From Lama guanicoe (lineage: Eukaryota), in contig MU054338.1 in NCBI GenBank assembly GCA_013239625.1, positions 4,055,371-4,119,370 on the forward strand: DNA of 64,000 nt, in the 5' to 3' direction. A program made the position numbers and the translations under genes. The notes under the pieces are model-generated. The model did no database searches. It was not told the DNA's origin and saw nothing but the letters and a program-made list of their open reading frames with translations. Positions 35,451-48,177 of the stretch are shown piece after piece. Position 1 is the stretch's first letter, and every line of letters begins with the position of its first letter.

Positions 35451-36719
35451 GAGAGCACCCCTGGCAGTGATCATGTGGGTAAATACAAGGAAATACTGAC
35501 CGCTTGTGAGCAACAAAATGAACACATACTTGGTCTTGAGTCTCAGGAAGGTGCCTACTAGCTGTCTCGTTGTGGGCGGGTCAGCTCCTGGAAGCTGCCT
35601 CTTCACCTGTCGGCGGGGATTCTGACGGCAGCACCTACTTCATCGAGTGGCTGTAGAATCTGTGAGGTAACTACTAGCCCAGCGCCTGGCTTGCAGTGAG
35701 CCCTACCGTATTTTTACCTATCAGTCGTCCTTCACTGTGTGGTGGGGATCTGGGAACTGTGGGGATCACCCTGGACCCTCTTTCACTCACTAATTAAGGA
35801 GCTCAGATGAAAAACTGTCCCAAAAGGCCTGCAGAATCTTACTCTGGTAAGAAAGATGGGGAAGGGAGCCCATGGCCCTGATGCTAGAAATGGAAATTCT
35901 GGCTACTGACTAGAAGAAAGAAATGCTCTGAGTACCCTGGGGTGGCCAGCCATCTCTCCAAAGGAGCTGCCAGTTGACAAAAGTGATCTTAAGTCAGCTG
36001 CAGCTGTTGTGGGCAGAGTGGCCACAGGGTTACAGGCCTGCGATGTTGACCACTCAGGAATGAAACTTCTGCTCCTCTCTTGGGCCTGGAGCCCAGAGAG
36101 TGGACCTGAGAAAGCTGTCTCCTTGGGGTCCACTCTGCTCTGCCACACCAAATCCAGAGCAAAACCTAATCGTGGACAGACTGGCAGACAATCACCCTGG
36201 CTCCTGGCAAAGGATCTCTTTGCTCACATTTTCTAGCTATCTGGCTGTCTACCCACCTATCCATCCTATCCACCTACCCACCTATCCAGCCTTCCATCCA
36301 CACACCCATCCTCCCATCCCTTTATCTCCCCATCCATCCCAACCCCTCATCCACCCATCCACCCATATTGTGAAGTCAGGCTTCCTTTTCAACACAAACT
36401 TTGCCACCTGCTTGCAAGGAAAGAACACACGATCAGAAGCAGGACCAGATACTGAATTCTCTGCCATCTTGCTCCCCTTAGATTTCTGGTGGTGCCTTCT
36501 CTATTCCTGCAGGGTGCCAACCTTGCTCACATTCCCCGTCCCCACTCCTAATCCCCAACTGGCCTGGTCCCAACCCTCCTTTGTCTTCCTGGTGGTTGGT
36601 CTGGAAGCACTGGGACAGGGAGAGAAGACCAGGGGCCCCATGGTACCTTGTGCCTCCACCCATTAACTCCACAACAGGAGGAAGGAGGGCCAAGCGGATA
36701 CACAAAGCCTGACACATAA

Positions 36720-39262
36720 GTCTGCTTCCCCATCTGACTTTATTTCACTTTTTTCTATAAAACTCCTCCATAATTTCACAATTTAACAAAAAGTTTAAAA
36801 TCCAGGACAGAAACAATCCTGTGACATATTACAAACACGATTCTCCTTTATTCCTTTTACCCAGGAGTTGGTCTCGGGCCGGTGAGTGTCCTAGTTCCTA
36901 GTGAGACACATTCTTTGTAAAAACCCTTATGGGTAAGAAAGGTATTCGATACCTTTCGCTTTCAGGCGTCGGTTTACATCTTGTTCAGGAGATAGCGAAA
37001 CACAGGGATTTGCACTGGGGGCAGGGGCTTAACACTAAACACGCGGCCATCACAGAGTGCTGGCCCCTTCCTATGGAAGCGTCCCCAGAGCCCTGGTGGG
37101 CCCAGCTGCCGGGCAGCTGGGGGTGGGGTGGGGGAGCAGCTGGGAATGCCGCGGTCGGGGCCCTGGCTGCCTGGCACATCCATCAGGTGGTCACAGGGCC
37201 AGTGCTGGGCCCAGAGGAGCTCTGGAGGACAGCGCTGGGGCCTTCTGGCCAGAGGAGGTAACAGAAGTGGGTCGGTGCTTCCGAAGGCCCTGGAAACAGC
37301 AGGAAGGGCCTGCTGCTACTGCTGCGAAGGGCAGGCCCGAGAGCCGGGCCTTCCTCTAGCTGCCCCCAGGGGAGAGCCTGGCTCCTGAGCAGAGTGCTGC
37401 TTGAGCCACCAAGACGGGAAGGCCTACAGCCCTTCCCAGGAGGTCCTTGGGAAGGACAAAGACCAGTGCCCCTGGGCTGAGGCTCCCGCCTGGGACCCCC
37501 GGCGGCCTCTGTGCACAGGGGGCCAGGCAGCTGTGCCCTCAGGCCAGTCCTTTCTGTCCAATGTCTTAGTTTCCAGAGAAGAAAAGTGCCCCACTTTGGA
37601 GTATTGTTGGCCTGCCTGGAGAAGGGGACGGTGGCAGCACGGAGCCGGCCACACAGGCCTGCCCTCTTCCTAATACCTCAAGGCAGCAGGGCTGGGAGAG
37701 AATCAGAGCAGATCCGGCGAGGAGTCACGGCGGTTTCCTCTGAAGGCTCTCGGCCTTCCCCGAGTCCTGGGACCTCACCAGGAAGGCTGGCGTTCGGGGA
37801 AGTCTTGGAGGCGGGGCTTCCGAGGGAGTGTTCAAGGTCTGCCTGACAGACAGAATCGGAGCAGGAACAACAGTCAGGGACCACAGGGCAGGGGAGCTGG
37901 GTGCTCCTCATGTGGGAACTCACGAACTGAGGGGAGGGGCTGTCTGGCAGTGGGCGGGAGGGAAGGTGAACCCAGTTCCTGGCCGTCCTCCTCTCCTGGA
38001 GCCAGTGGGGACCAAAGGAGCCTTGAGTCGAGGTCTGCAGGAACAGAGGCTGAGCAAACAGGTCCCCAGCCCTCAGGAGCCCCACGCAAGGCGGGCTGAC
38101 TCCGCGGAGGGGTTCTGGCTGGAAGGGCGGAGGAGCTGGCTTGGCCCTTGGAGAGTCTCAGGCGTGCGAGGAGTTGGGTCTGGCCCAGACCGGCGTGAAC
38201 CACAGGGGTGGGAGGGCCTGCCATCGGCCAGGGCCCAGGCACAAGGGGCTGGCTCTGAGTCCTGACGCTCCTCAAAAAACTCCACAAACTATCCCGTCTT
38301 ATTTGGCAAAAGCTCATTTTTTTTCAAAGTTCGAAGACTCAGTCAACAGGAGGAAGAGGATCCTATGGAAGGAGGAGGAGGAGGAGACCCGGACGCCAAC
38401 ACAGTCACGGCCTGCAGCTGGCTGGAGCCTGGAGGCCTGCTCCTGCACACAGCGCCGGTCTGACCAGGCGGCCGACAGCGCAGGCTGGGGCGCCTGGGAC
38501 CCTGCCGCCCCGTCGTCGTGCTCACTGGCCCGGGAGGAGGAGCGTCCTTGGAGCCACCTAGGGAGGATTCCTCCCTGCACCTGGAGAGGGCCCGCTGGCG
38601 CTCCGGCCCAGCCTTCAGCCCAATGACAAGACCAGTGGAGACATCTTAACCTAAAGTCCCGCCTTACACCCCCCCACCCCCCACGTGCACTGCTGCCATG
38701 GAAACGCACACCCGGAACCCGCTCTGGTACCTACAGTGCACACACATATATATAATAGAGAGAGAGCTACACAGCATGGAGTCCCAGCACAGTGAGCCGA
38801 CAGGGGACTGTGTCCGGCTTGCACAGAGTACGAGCCGGGCCGGTCCTGGGGCACGGTGGGTGTGTTCTGAACCGTTTGGGGAGACTGGAGGCAGTGCCCC
38901 AGCTGCTCAGCGGGGCCTGGGCAGTGAGGCTGTGCCCCATGCCCCATGGCAGAGCAAGGCCCCCCACTGAAGGGCGTGTTCCTTCCCCTTTGGGAGTGAG
39001 ACCTGATGCTGCCTTCAACACAAGCCACTTCCAAGGGGGGGCCCAGGTGATGGCCCCTGAGTATCAGGGGGCAGCAGCACCGGCCCAGCCCCCCTCGGCC
39101 CCCGGGCTCCCGACGAGGAAAGTGCAGCTGGCCGTGTGGGCCGAGGACAGGGTGGTCACTAAGGCAGTGCTGCGGGTGGGCGAGTCGAGAGAGGAGGGAA
39201 GGCGGGGGCCAGACATAGCCTCCCAGGACCCCGGGGACGGGGGCCCGGCACCCGGCCCAGGG
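36720..39262 (-). other. MLLT1: MLLT1 3' UTR
   Basis: Sequence with no recognisable interspersed repeat between the stop codon (39263) and the AATAAA signals; end approximate. Confidence 0.75.
36739..36744 (-). terminator. MLLT1 polyadenylation signal (distal)
   Basis: TTTATT on + equals AATAAA on -, at the end of an AT-rich block about 2.5 kb past the MLLT1 stop. A second AATAAA lies at 36847-36852. Confidence 0.7.
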
Positions 39263-39391
39263 TCATGTGGCCACGGCCTCCAGGTAGCTCTGCAGCTTGC
39301 GCACTGTGGTCTCGTCCAGAGAGAAGAGGTCAAAGTCGAAAGTGGTGTTGGTGACGTTGAAGTGGCCGGTCTCCTCAATCAGGTTCACGAT
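39263..39391 (-). CDS. MLLT1: MLLT1/ENL last coding exon (exon 12), AHD domain
   Basis: Acceptor ccttccag|; [42 protein letters not shown]; 129 nt including TGA. Confidence 0.98.
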   Translation of the reverse strand: MVNLIEETGHFNVTNTTFDFDLFSLDETTVRKLQSYLEAVAT

Positions 39392-39602
39392 CTGGAAGGT
39401 GGTGGCAGGGTGACTTCAGGGGACAGGGTAATGCGCTGGGGCGGCCCCGCCCTGACCAGGCCCTCAAAAAGAAGGGAGGGTGGCTCCTTGGGGCTGCCAA
39501 AGGGGGTCTGGCAGCCCCTGGCCTCAGGGGCACCCCGCCTGGGACTTCTCTGGGATGCTGTGCCCTCAGCGGGGCCACAGGCGGGCGGGCTCCAGCCAGT
39601 AC

Positions 39603-39674
39603 CTGCTGCAGCACGTTGCGTTCCCGCAGCGCCATCAGCCTCCGGTGCAGCTCCACCAGCTCGTCCGTGTAGGC
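39603..39674 (-). CDS. MLLT1: MLLT1 exon 11, AHD domain
   Basis: [24 protein letters not shown]; acceptor acccag|, donor |GTACTG; 72 nt. Confidence 0.98.
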
Positions 39675-39787
39675 CTGGGTGGCAGATGGGTGCTCAGAGG
39701 GCAGCCTCAGCCCCTCAGTGGGCCCCGCCCTCCAGAACACCCTCCCCTCGCCCCGCACCCTGTGCCCATGACGGCCTGAGCCCCCAC

Positions 39788-39859
39788 CTTGTCGTAGGCG
39801 CCCCTCTTGAGGATCTTCTCAGGCTTGCTGCAGGGCTCCGGGCTCCGGCGGCCTGACGC
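39788..39859 (-). CDS. MLLT1: MLLT1 exon 10
   Basis: [24 protein letters not shown]; acceptor tagcag|, donor |GTGGGG; 72 nt. Confidence 0.95.
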
Positions 39860-40018
39860 CTGCTAGTGAACCGGGTCTTCATGAGCGCCCCTCCGCACCC
39901 CTCCCTCTAGCCCCCGGCTGACGGTGCAGAACTGACCTCCCCCTGCGCCCACCCACCTCAGCCTCGGATCCTTGGAGAACCCCAGGCCCCGCCCTCAGCC
40001 CTGCCTCCAGGGTGTTAC

Positions 40019-40118
40019 CTTGCTGTTGGGCGGGGGCGGCTTCTTGGGTGGAGGGGGCTCCCGGCCGGGCAGGCAGGAATCTGCGCTGTTATCGCTCTCG
40101 CTGTCACTGAAGCTCAGC
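40019..40118 (-). CDS. MLLT1: MLLT1 exon 9
   Basis: (R)[33 protein letters not shown]; acceptor gttcag|, donor |GTAACA; 100 nt. Confidence 0.97.
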
Positions 40119-42643
40119 CTGAACGCAGACACGAGGACTTGGTCAGACCTCCTCTGCCCTCTGCTCTGGGGACATCCAGCAGCCCCACCCAGCAAACACC
40201 ACTCCAGGGCTTTGGGACAGGGGCTCTCCAAAATAACACTCAGGGCCTGCCCCCTCCCTGGGCCAAGCTGCGCCCAGCACTCCCCCTGCAGCTTTGGAGA
40301 CCAACTTCACTCAGCTCTGCCAACCTCAAAAAAAAAGGAAAGAACACGCCCGAGGCGCCTTCAAAGGGCAAAGAGCCCAAAGAGCAGCACTCGCGCCCTG
40401 ACAGGCCCGGGGCCCGCGGGGCTCCCTGCAGCCCTGGTGTGCTCTCCTGGGCCACTGCAAGCCAGATCGGCTTGGGGTCCTGAGCTTACTGCTGCGCGGG
40501 TGCAGCGGCCTGCAGGACAGTCACTCAAGCACTGGAGCCCAACGCCACGGGGCGCAGCAGGGCCCGGGCCCGGGCCCGGAACCGGTCTGTCTGGGGTTGG
40601 CTCACTCCACGCCTCCTGGTGGCGCAGGGCCCAGGCTGGGTCTGCGTCTCCGCCTGGACTTCCTCTGAGAGGAGTGGACAGGGAGGACCACTCACAGTCA
40701 TCACTCTCCGAGGCGCGGGCCCCTCTCTCGGGGTGAACCCGTTCCAGGGCGCCTTCCCTTCACAAAGGAAAGGGAGCTCCCTGGGGCTCCCACCGGCTTC
40801 TCGGGATCAGCTGCACAACGCACTGCGTGCTTCGCGGCATCCACCATCGCCACCTGCTTTCAGCTGGCTGAAGGCAGTGCAGGCCACCACCCGTCCCTTT
40901 GGATGGTGCTTGTCCGCCTCTCAGGACCTCAGGACCCATATCGCACTGCTGTTCACCCGGAACCCTCTCCACTTGGGCCTTCAAAGTTCTCTACTGAATA
41001 CGCGCCACCAACACCAAGAGCTACACCACTTATGGCGGCTGCGAGGCTCACCGTCTTGGGAAGCATCCGCGGGGTTCTGGCAGCGCCCAGGGTGCCACCC
41101 CCGCAGGAAGGAAGGCACAGCCGCTGGATGCTCAGATTCTCCAGCTAGCTGGAATCTAAAAGCCGCTCCTCCCCGGTCATGTTGCCCTCCACCCAGATAA
41201 GACATGCTGGTCCATTCCTTTCAGCTTTTCCAGAACATCTCGCAGCTCAGTGAGGGGGGCACAGAGGGAGCACTTTCCCAGCTGCCCCCCAACCCAACTC
41301 CTGGGGAGCCACAAGCAGCGCCCTCAGGCGGGGTCTCTGCCTGGGACCCCTCATTCCTCACTCCGGTAAGGGGAGCCCAACAGCTGTCACCTCACCACAA
41401 TGCGGCAAATCCCGCCTGCTGCTCCCTCCTTTTGCCTGAAACAGGCTTCATCATGAAAGCAGTGCTGGGAAGCCTCAGTCCTGAGGCACTCCCTGTCCTA
41501 TGTACCCCTGAGGTTGACCGTTTCCTTAGTAAACTTCCCTCACAATGTGATGGGCTGCGGGGCCTCTGCTCTCTCCACGAACAGCCCTCCCACGGGCTGC
41601 AGAGCATCGGCGCAAAGGCAGGCAGTCGGTCTCCTTGTTGCCCAGGCGACACTAGTGCGTCAGCCAGGCCCAGGAGTGGCCAGACTGCCCTGCATCTGCC
41701 AGGCGGCAGCTGGGGGTGATGGTGGACCCAGGCCCCTGCATCCGAGCAGCTGTGGCGCCAGCGTGAGGGCCCATGTGGCCCCTTCCCTGACGATGGATGC
41801 GCCCCCCCCCAAGCGGCCCCTCTCAGGCCCACGTCCACCCCTAGAACAGGGGCTAAGGGTCCTGGGATGTTCAGCCCCTCACCACCATGTGGAGAATAGG
41901 ATGCAGGCTGGCCAGACCCTCAGCTCCCTGTGCCAAGCATCCAGCAGGACCACGCTCAAGGTCTCCAGCCTCACGGAGTCACTGCCCCATGCCTCCCCAC
42001 AATGAGTGCCTTCCCTGCACGCTGGGAGCAGACCCAGTGACCAGCCCATCTTAAAAGAGACTCTGGGACGCAGGGGGTTCCGCCCCATGGGGAGGAGGGG
42101 CTGGACCCAGATTGGCTGGCTGACCTAAGCCTGCCCTTCCGCAGGCCTGGGGCCAAGGCCAGCATTTGCTCTGGGCTGGAGGCTGAGAAAGCACAGCCAT
42201 CCCATCCCTGAAGTGGGTTCACTCTGAAGGTCTGGGGGTATCCAATGGAGGTGCCTCAGCTCACCTCACTCCGGGGGAAGGCCACATGTCGCCTGCCCTA
42301 GGCCAGCGGGTGGCCACTACTGCTCCCCACAGGGGATGTCTACGTGTCTAAGGACAGTTCTCAGTCTGTCCTTGCCCCACGCCACACACGTGGGGAAGAG
42401 GGAAAGGACTCCTGGCCCGAGAGCAGAGGGACCAACCCCTCGACATCCCAAACAGGAGAGGACCAGGCTCCCAGACCCACCTCAATACCCAGGCAGAGCA
42501 CCACCTGGTGGGCTCCAATGCTCCCCATCACCGCGGGGACTCCCTGTCCTGGCCTCTTGGCAACCCCACAATCAATCACAACAGGGCCGGGCAGAGCGGC
42601 CCCAGTGCCCCCACAACCGCTCGCGCCCCACCAGCCCAGGCAC

Positions 42644-42752
42644 CTGGAGTCCCTCCCTGCGTTCGTCTTGCCAGCGGCCTCCTCGCCTGACGAAGAGTCG
42701 TCCTCATCAGATTCCTCAGACTGCAGGTCCTCCACCATGGAACGCAGGGGTC
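42644..42752 (-). CDS. MLLT1: MLLT1 exon 8
   Basis: (G)[35 protein letters not shown](R); acceptor ccccag|, donor |GTGCCT; 109 nt. Confidence 0.97.
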
Positions 42753-44320
42753 CTGGGGAGGGCGACGGGGAGGAGGGAAAAGGAGTGGGTCAGGGCTCTG
42801 CCTGCGCCCAACAGCCCCTCCACCCCCGAGCCACGTGGTGCTTCTTGTCATCACGACCCCCAAAACTCACCCATGCAAACTCACTACAGAGGTCCCTCTG
42901 GCCAGGTGGGGCCTGCCGCCCACCTCCAAGCACTGCCCCCGCACTACCCCCCTTCTTAAAGGACACCTGGCTCCCCTGCTCCTACCTTCCTGGCCCTGCT
43001 CGCAGGCCTCCAGCCCCTGGCCTGAGACAGGACCGCAGGGCCCCTCCATTGCAAAGGGAAGGAGCAGCCCTCCTCTGCTCCAAGTGCTGGGGTCAGAGCT
43101 CTGCCTGCAGCCAGGACGAACCAGCCCCGGCCAAGAAGGGCAAGGTGGCCCGAACCGTGGGCCAGAGAACCCACCCCCGCCAACCTGTGCCCCTCCTTGG
43201 GCCTGCCCAGCCCCTTGGCAGCCCCCTCTGCTGCTCCCGGCCCACCGTCCTCCCCTTTCTCCAGAGGCACTCAGTTCCAGTCCCCTACAGACGGCATCTT
43301 GGTTTATATTCTTGTTACCAAGGCAACAGAGGGACACAAAGCCCTCAATTACCTGGGTCACGTGATCCCTCACTGCAGGTTCCCCCTCCCTTCCTCACAG
43401 ATAAGAACCCTTGGAGAGAGTGTGGGCTTGGAGCACCCCATCCCCCAGCCGCCCTCAGGACTGTGTGTCTTTCTTTCAGGCCAGACACTCCTGCCCCCAA
43501 CATGCTCGCCTCCCCCAGCTCTCCGCAACCCTTGAAAAGGGATTCTAGGCCATGGAAGAAACTCTCAGTCCGATCCACTCAAAGAAGTACTTCCAGTTTG
43601 AGGGTGGGCAGGGGTCGGTTAGGCTGGGGGCCCAGGTGCCCTCTCAAACCAGCATCCGACAGGCTGGAAGTGTCCAGGCCCACCCTGCACAGGAAGAAAG
43701 CCCTCCCTGCTCTGGGGCAGCCAAGTGGGCATTGTGACCCCTTGCCACAAGCACCCCAGACGGCCTGGAGGTAAAAAGCAGTAATGCAGGCTGCCGGGGA
43801 CCTGGGCTGGAGCCGCAGGAGCAGAGCACTTCCAGCCCATCCACAGAGAGCAGTGCTGGGCCGGGCTGGGGTGGGGCAGCCGAGAAAAGGGTGTTGTGCT
43901 GGCCATATGGGCCTCCATCCAAGAGGAGCGGAGAGGAGGGGTCTGGCCACATTCAGGGCCCACGTCAGACGGGGGGCCTTCTCCACAGACCCACAAAGCC
44001 CAGCTCAAAGCCCCTGTCATACAGATGGGGCAAAGCTGAGGGCCCTGGGGATGGACACCAAAGACCACCGGATGGAGCGGGACTTCGCACACCAGGCTGG
44101 CTGTCACGTGACCTGTGCCCAGTTCGCTTTTAAACACAAACCTTTGGACACGGATGTCGGAGGCCCAGTCTGGGCAGGCTCAGGCTTTTCTTTCAGGAAA
44201 TTCCCCACTAACCCCTGACTTCCCCAGTAGCTCGCTAGCCTCCAGAGTGGGAGAGCCTTTCCACAAGAAACTCCTGGTACACTTAAAACAAACCCTGTCC
44301 TTGCCTCTCTCCGTACGCAC

Positions 44321-44408
44321 CTTGACTGTGGTTCTGGGATGGCTCAAAGTCAGAATCCGAACTGGAGTCAGAGCTGGAGCTGGAGTTGGATGGGCTGGAC
44401 TGGGCGGA
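44321..44408 (-). CDS. MLLT1: MLLT1 exon 7
   Basis: [29 protein letters not shown](G); acceptor gtgaag|, donor |GTGCGT; 88 nt. Confidence 0.95.
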
Positions 44409-47400
44409 CTTCACCCCACAGCGGGGCAGCAGGGAGAGAAGACAACAGTCACCTCTCAGTCCACAGGAAAAGGAGTGGACAACAGAGGCCCCTTGGCAGC
44501 AGGGACCACCAGGCAGGACACCCCAGGCACGCACTCCAGAGGTCACTGGAACGCCAGACCCCAGCACCGCAGGCCAAGGCAGTGCCCCTCAGACCCTGAT
44601 CCCAGTCCACCTCTGCCCCCACCCTCAGGGCACAGCTGGTTTGTGGTCAAATCGCCAACTGATGACCTTTTTTCCCTCCCAAGGGACTTGAATCTTTAGC
44701 CCACACCTCTGGTTCAAGGAGCGGGCAGCGTGTCTGCTGCTGCTCTAGGCCTCTGGCCCCGGCCCTCCTGCCATGAGAGTAGTGTGGGCAGTGAGCAGCT
44801 GGAGGGTCTACACAGGAAAGGCGGGTACAGACACTTGGCTTCTCATTCTGCCTCAGTCTGTCCTGAGGCTGGGACAGCTGTGACAAAAAGCTGTCTCCTG
44901 CCACCGGGTGCCCCTGAGGTGGTATCAGGTGAATGCGCACGTGACAAGCACTACAGGACAGGGTGGACTCCCTGCCCCACCCTACTGTGCCCAGGGCGGG
45001 TCCCATCTCCCTCCCTGCCCACAGCCAGCCACCCTGACTCAGCCACCAGGGGGCAGTAAAAGCCCAAACTAGGACCCCAGGCCTTAATACAGGGAGTAAG
45101 ATGCCTGGGGCGGCAGCTCCCACTTCAGAGGCCTGCATGGGGAAGAGGCCTCTAGCTTCACTATCCAGAGCTGAGCCAGAACAGGGTGGCCTCTGCTCCC
45201 AGGCTTTGGCAGACACCAACAGGCTCTGGCAAAGGCACGTGCAGCAGAGTAAGCCAAGGGCCTGGGGCCGGGAAAGAATGGGCTCCGATGGGCAGAAGGA
45301 CATGGGTGTCAGTTCAGAGAGCCTGCCGGCCCAGTGTACCCAGGCACTGTCCGAGCCCTGGCCTCGGGGACCGCTGGGGGAGCCAGGCTGCTCGAGCACC
45401 TGGGGAAGGCTGGATGGAAAGGCCAGGAGACAGGCAGAGGCACCCAGCAGCGTCTGCTCAGTCCCGGCACACGCCACGTGAGAGAAGACGCCAGCACAGG
45501 GGCCCCTGATCCACTGGGGCTCAAGACAGCCACTCCTGAGGGTCTATGGGCCGAGGGCAGCCCCGGCCACCAGAAAGAGAACTAAGAAGGCCCAGGTCTC
45601 CCCTCACTCAGTAGGCCCAGCAAAGGGTCAGGCTGCCTGCGGACAGAGCGCTGCTTCTCTCGGGTTTACCGCGGCCTAATCAGACCCGGTCCAGGCCCCG
45701 CCACGCACCCCTGCTGGCATCCCCTACTTGCCACCTTCATATGGCAAATGGTGCTCCCTGGGAAGCCTTGCCCAGGAAACTGGCCTAGACTGCCATTAAC
45801 CACGTCCACGTGGGGGTCCCACACAGACCAGCGTGACCCTCACCCCCAACTATGTGCCTGGCGGGGCCTGGAGCCACACTGCCACTGCTGCAGGCACATC
45901 CAAGTTCTTATTCTGGCTCAGGGGTCCTGGGTTCTGACCCTGACTTTCTCACCGACTGGTTAAAGCAGCCCCTGGTTTTGAAGCCTCAGTCTTCCCAACT
46001 GTAAACTGCCAGCCTCTGCTAAGTGCAGGTGTGAATCAGCTGCCGGCCCACAGAGGGCTGTGCCAATCATGCCCCCAACCTCTGGGACAGAATTCGGACA
46101 GAAGCCCAGGCTCATCCTGCCCGGCGTCTGCATGAGGGCTCTCACTCGCTGCGGAGGCCGCCGGGCATGCAGGCTCAGGCCAGCAGACTCCGGAAGGCCT
46201 AGGGCAGGAGTACCAGCGCTGTCCTGGATGGCACAGGTCAGGCCAGGCGGGCTTCGCAGCTACACGTGTCCCCTTTCCTTCCACACAGATCCAAGGTGCA
46301 CGGTGAGGGCAGGGAATCTGGAAATGGTCCCTGATGCAGCCCAGTGCTCAGGTCACATGAGGCAGCTCTCCTGGGCCAGTGACTGAAAGGGACCAACTGC
46401 CAGAAACCCCACGGGCCAAGCAGAAGCAGTGGGAGGAGCTGGGGGGCTCAGTCCAGGGACTCAGATGAGGAGCTGCCTAGCCCCTCCGAGGGCTGAGGGG
46501 GAGGAGGAGACCCCAGTTCCACATAGAGGTCAGAGGTTTCCGGTGGTGTGCCCCACTTGGCCTCCAGCGTGGCGTGGCCTCAGGAGGCCAAGAGGGCAGG
46601 GGAGGCCCAGGTCTGGAAGGCTGTCTTGCCTCCTTCACCGCAGACGTCTGTGCCTTGCTGAGGTTCCAGGGTTAGGAAATGCGAGGCACCGTCCAGCAGC
46701 CCTAGAGCACCCAGGCAACCTGCTGGTGCCTGAGTCTTACAGCTGCAGGGCTCAAGTGGCTAAGGCTTACCGTTCAGAAGTCTCTCTGTGCACAGGATGC
46801 ACCCCCACATCCAGGAGAAAACCCTAGTCTTCCTCAAGTGATCCCAGAACAGCAGTGACCAAGGCCACAGACACTGGACACGCAGCCAGCCCACTCTGAG
46901 CAGCAGCGCCCAATGGCTGGTGCACCACCACTCAGCTGGGGGGGCCACGGGGAGGCCTCCACCTCTTCCCAATGCAGGTGCATCAGATCTGGGCGCAGAA
47001 ACGCCTCAACTGGAAGCGCCTGAGGTGGACAGGAGGGAAGGGCACCTGCCCAGAGCTCCGGGTCTGAGCAGAAAGAGAAGGATGCCAGACAGGGCACTAT
47101 CCAGCACTCAACAAACTTCCAGCAGCCAAGTGGGTGACTGAGATGGCCCTGGACTAACTGCGGGTCTTCCAAATAAGAGAGATGTCCTAGGGTCCTGCCG
47201 TCTCCAGGTTCACGGCAGACAGCACTTCCTGGCTGCGAGAAACACTGAGTGCGTGGCGTTGCCAGCCCCGCGTATGTCTCTAAGCCAGTGAGGATGCACT
47301 GTTTACCCATGACCAAACTCTCACCTCCCCAGCCACCTCCGAGGGTCCTCTGGAAGCCACACACTCAGAACATCAGTGCTACTGACACAAACCACCTCTG

Positions 47401-47549
47401 GCTTCATCTCTGGGAACCACTTTCAAAGTCTCTGAGCTCTGAGCCGCAATGCTGGGAGCTTTTGCCTTGGAGAGTGAATGAGTTTGGAAACCATAAAAGG
47501 CCACTGAGAGCAGGGGTTTATGATACAGGTGAGGGGAATCAATCATTCA

Positions 47550-47579
47550 CCCATCCATCCATCCATCCATCCATCCATC
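47550..47579. repeat. (CCAT)n microsatellite
   Basis: About 7 units, directly visible. Confidence 0.9.
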
Positions 47580-48177
47580 TGTCCAGGCCCCTGTTCTCCG
47601 ACCACCAGAAGCCAAACACAGCACTCAAGAGATAACATGGCCATGCACAGCCCAGTGAGGTCTGGCTACCCAGTCAACAGCCTGGCTACTGACTCCTCTG
47701 TAGCTCAAGCCAACCCTGATGGCAAACTTCAGAGCCGTGTGGAAATGTTGCTGCAGGAGGGGCCCAGGGCCTCTGGCTCCCTGATATGGAGAGTGGGATG
47801 ACAATGCACAGGGGCACCCTACTCATGTAGGGAGGGGGTGCCCTGATGGAGCCTGCGGTGGCCGGGGAAGGGGCCGACAGTGAGACACCACTGCCCACTC
47901 CGACCCCCATGCGGCCAGTGAGACCCTGGCCCATGCAGGGCACTGCCCAAGGAAGAGAGCTCTGAACCCAGGGCCCTAACTATCATGCTCTACCCCAGGC
48001 ACCGTCCCCAGAGTTCTCATGAGGCGGCTTCGTCACACCTGACAGAATGGGAAACTGAGGCTGAGCAAGCAGCAGAGGCTTGTCCAAAGCCACGCAGAGC
48101 AGGTGGGAGCCCAGGGCCTGAAGAGGGAGGATGAGGGCGGGTGGGGGAGTGGGCAAGTGGGGAAGGCGCCACCTCAC

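Noticed and set aside
38792..39856. 354-aa plus-strand ORF
   Set aside because: Antisense shadow of MLLT1 exons 10-12 and UTR; no recognisable protein.
42344..43774. 476-aa plus-strand ORF antisense to MLLT1
   Set aside because: Pro/Ser/Arg-rich low-information translation with no domain; long stop-free frames are expected in GC-rich DNA.
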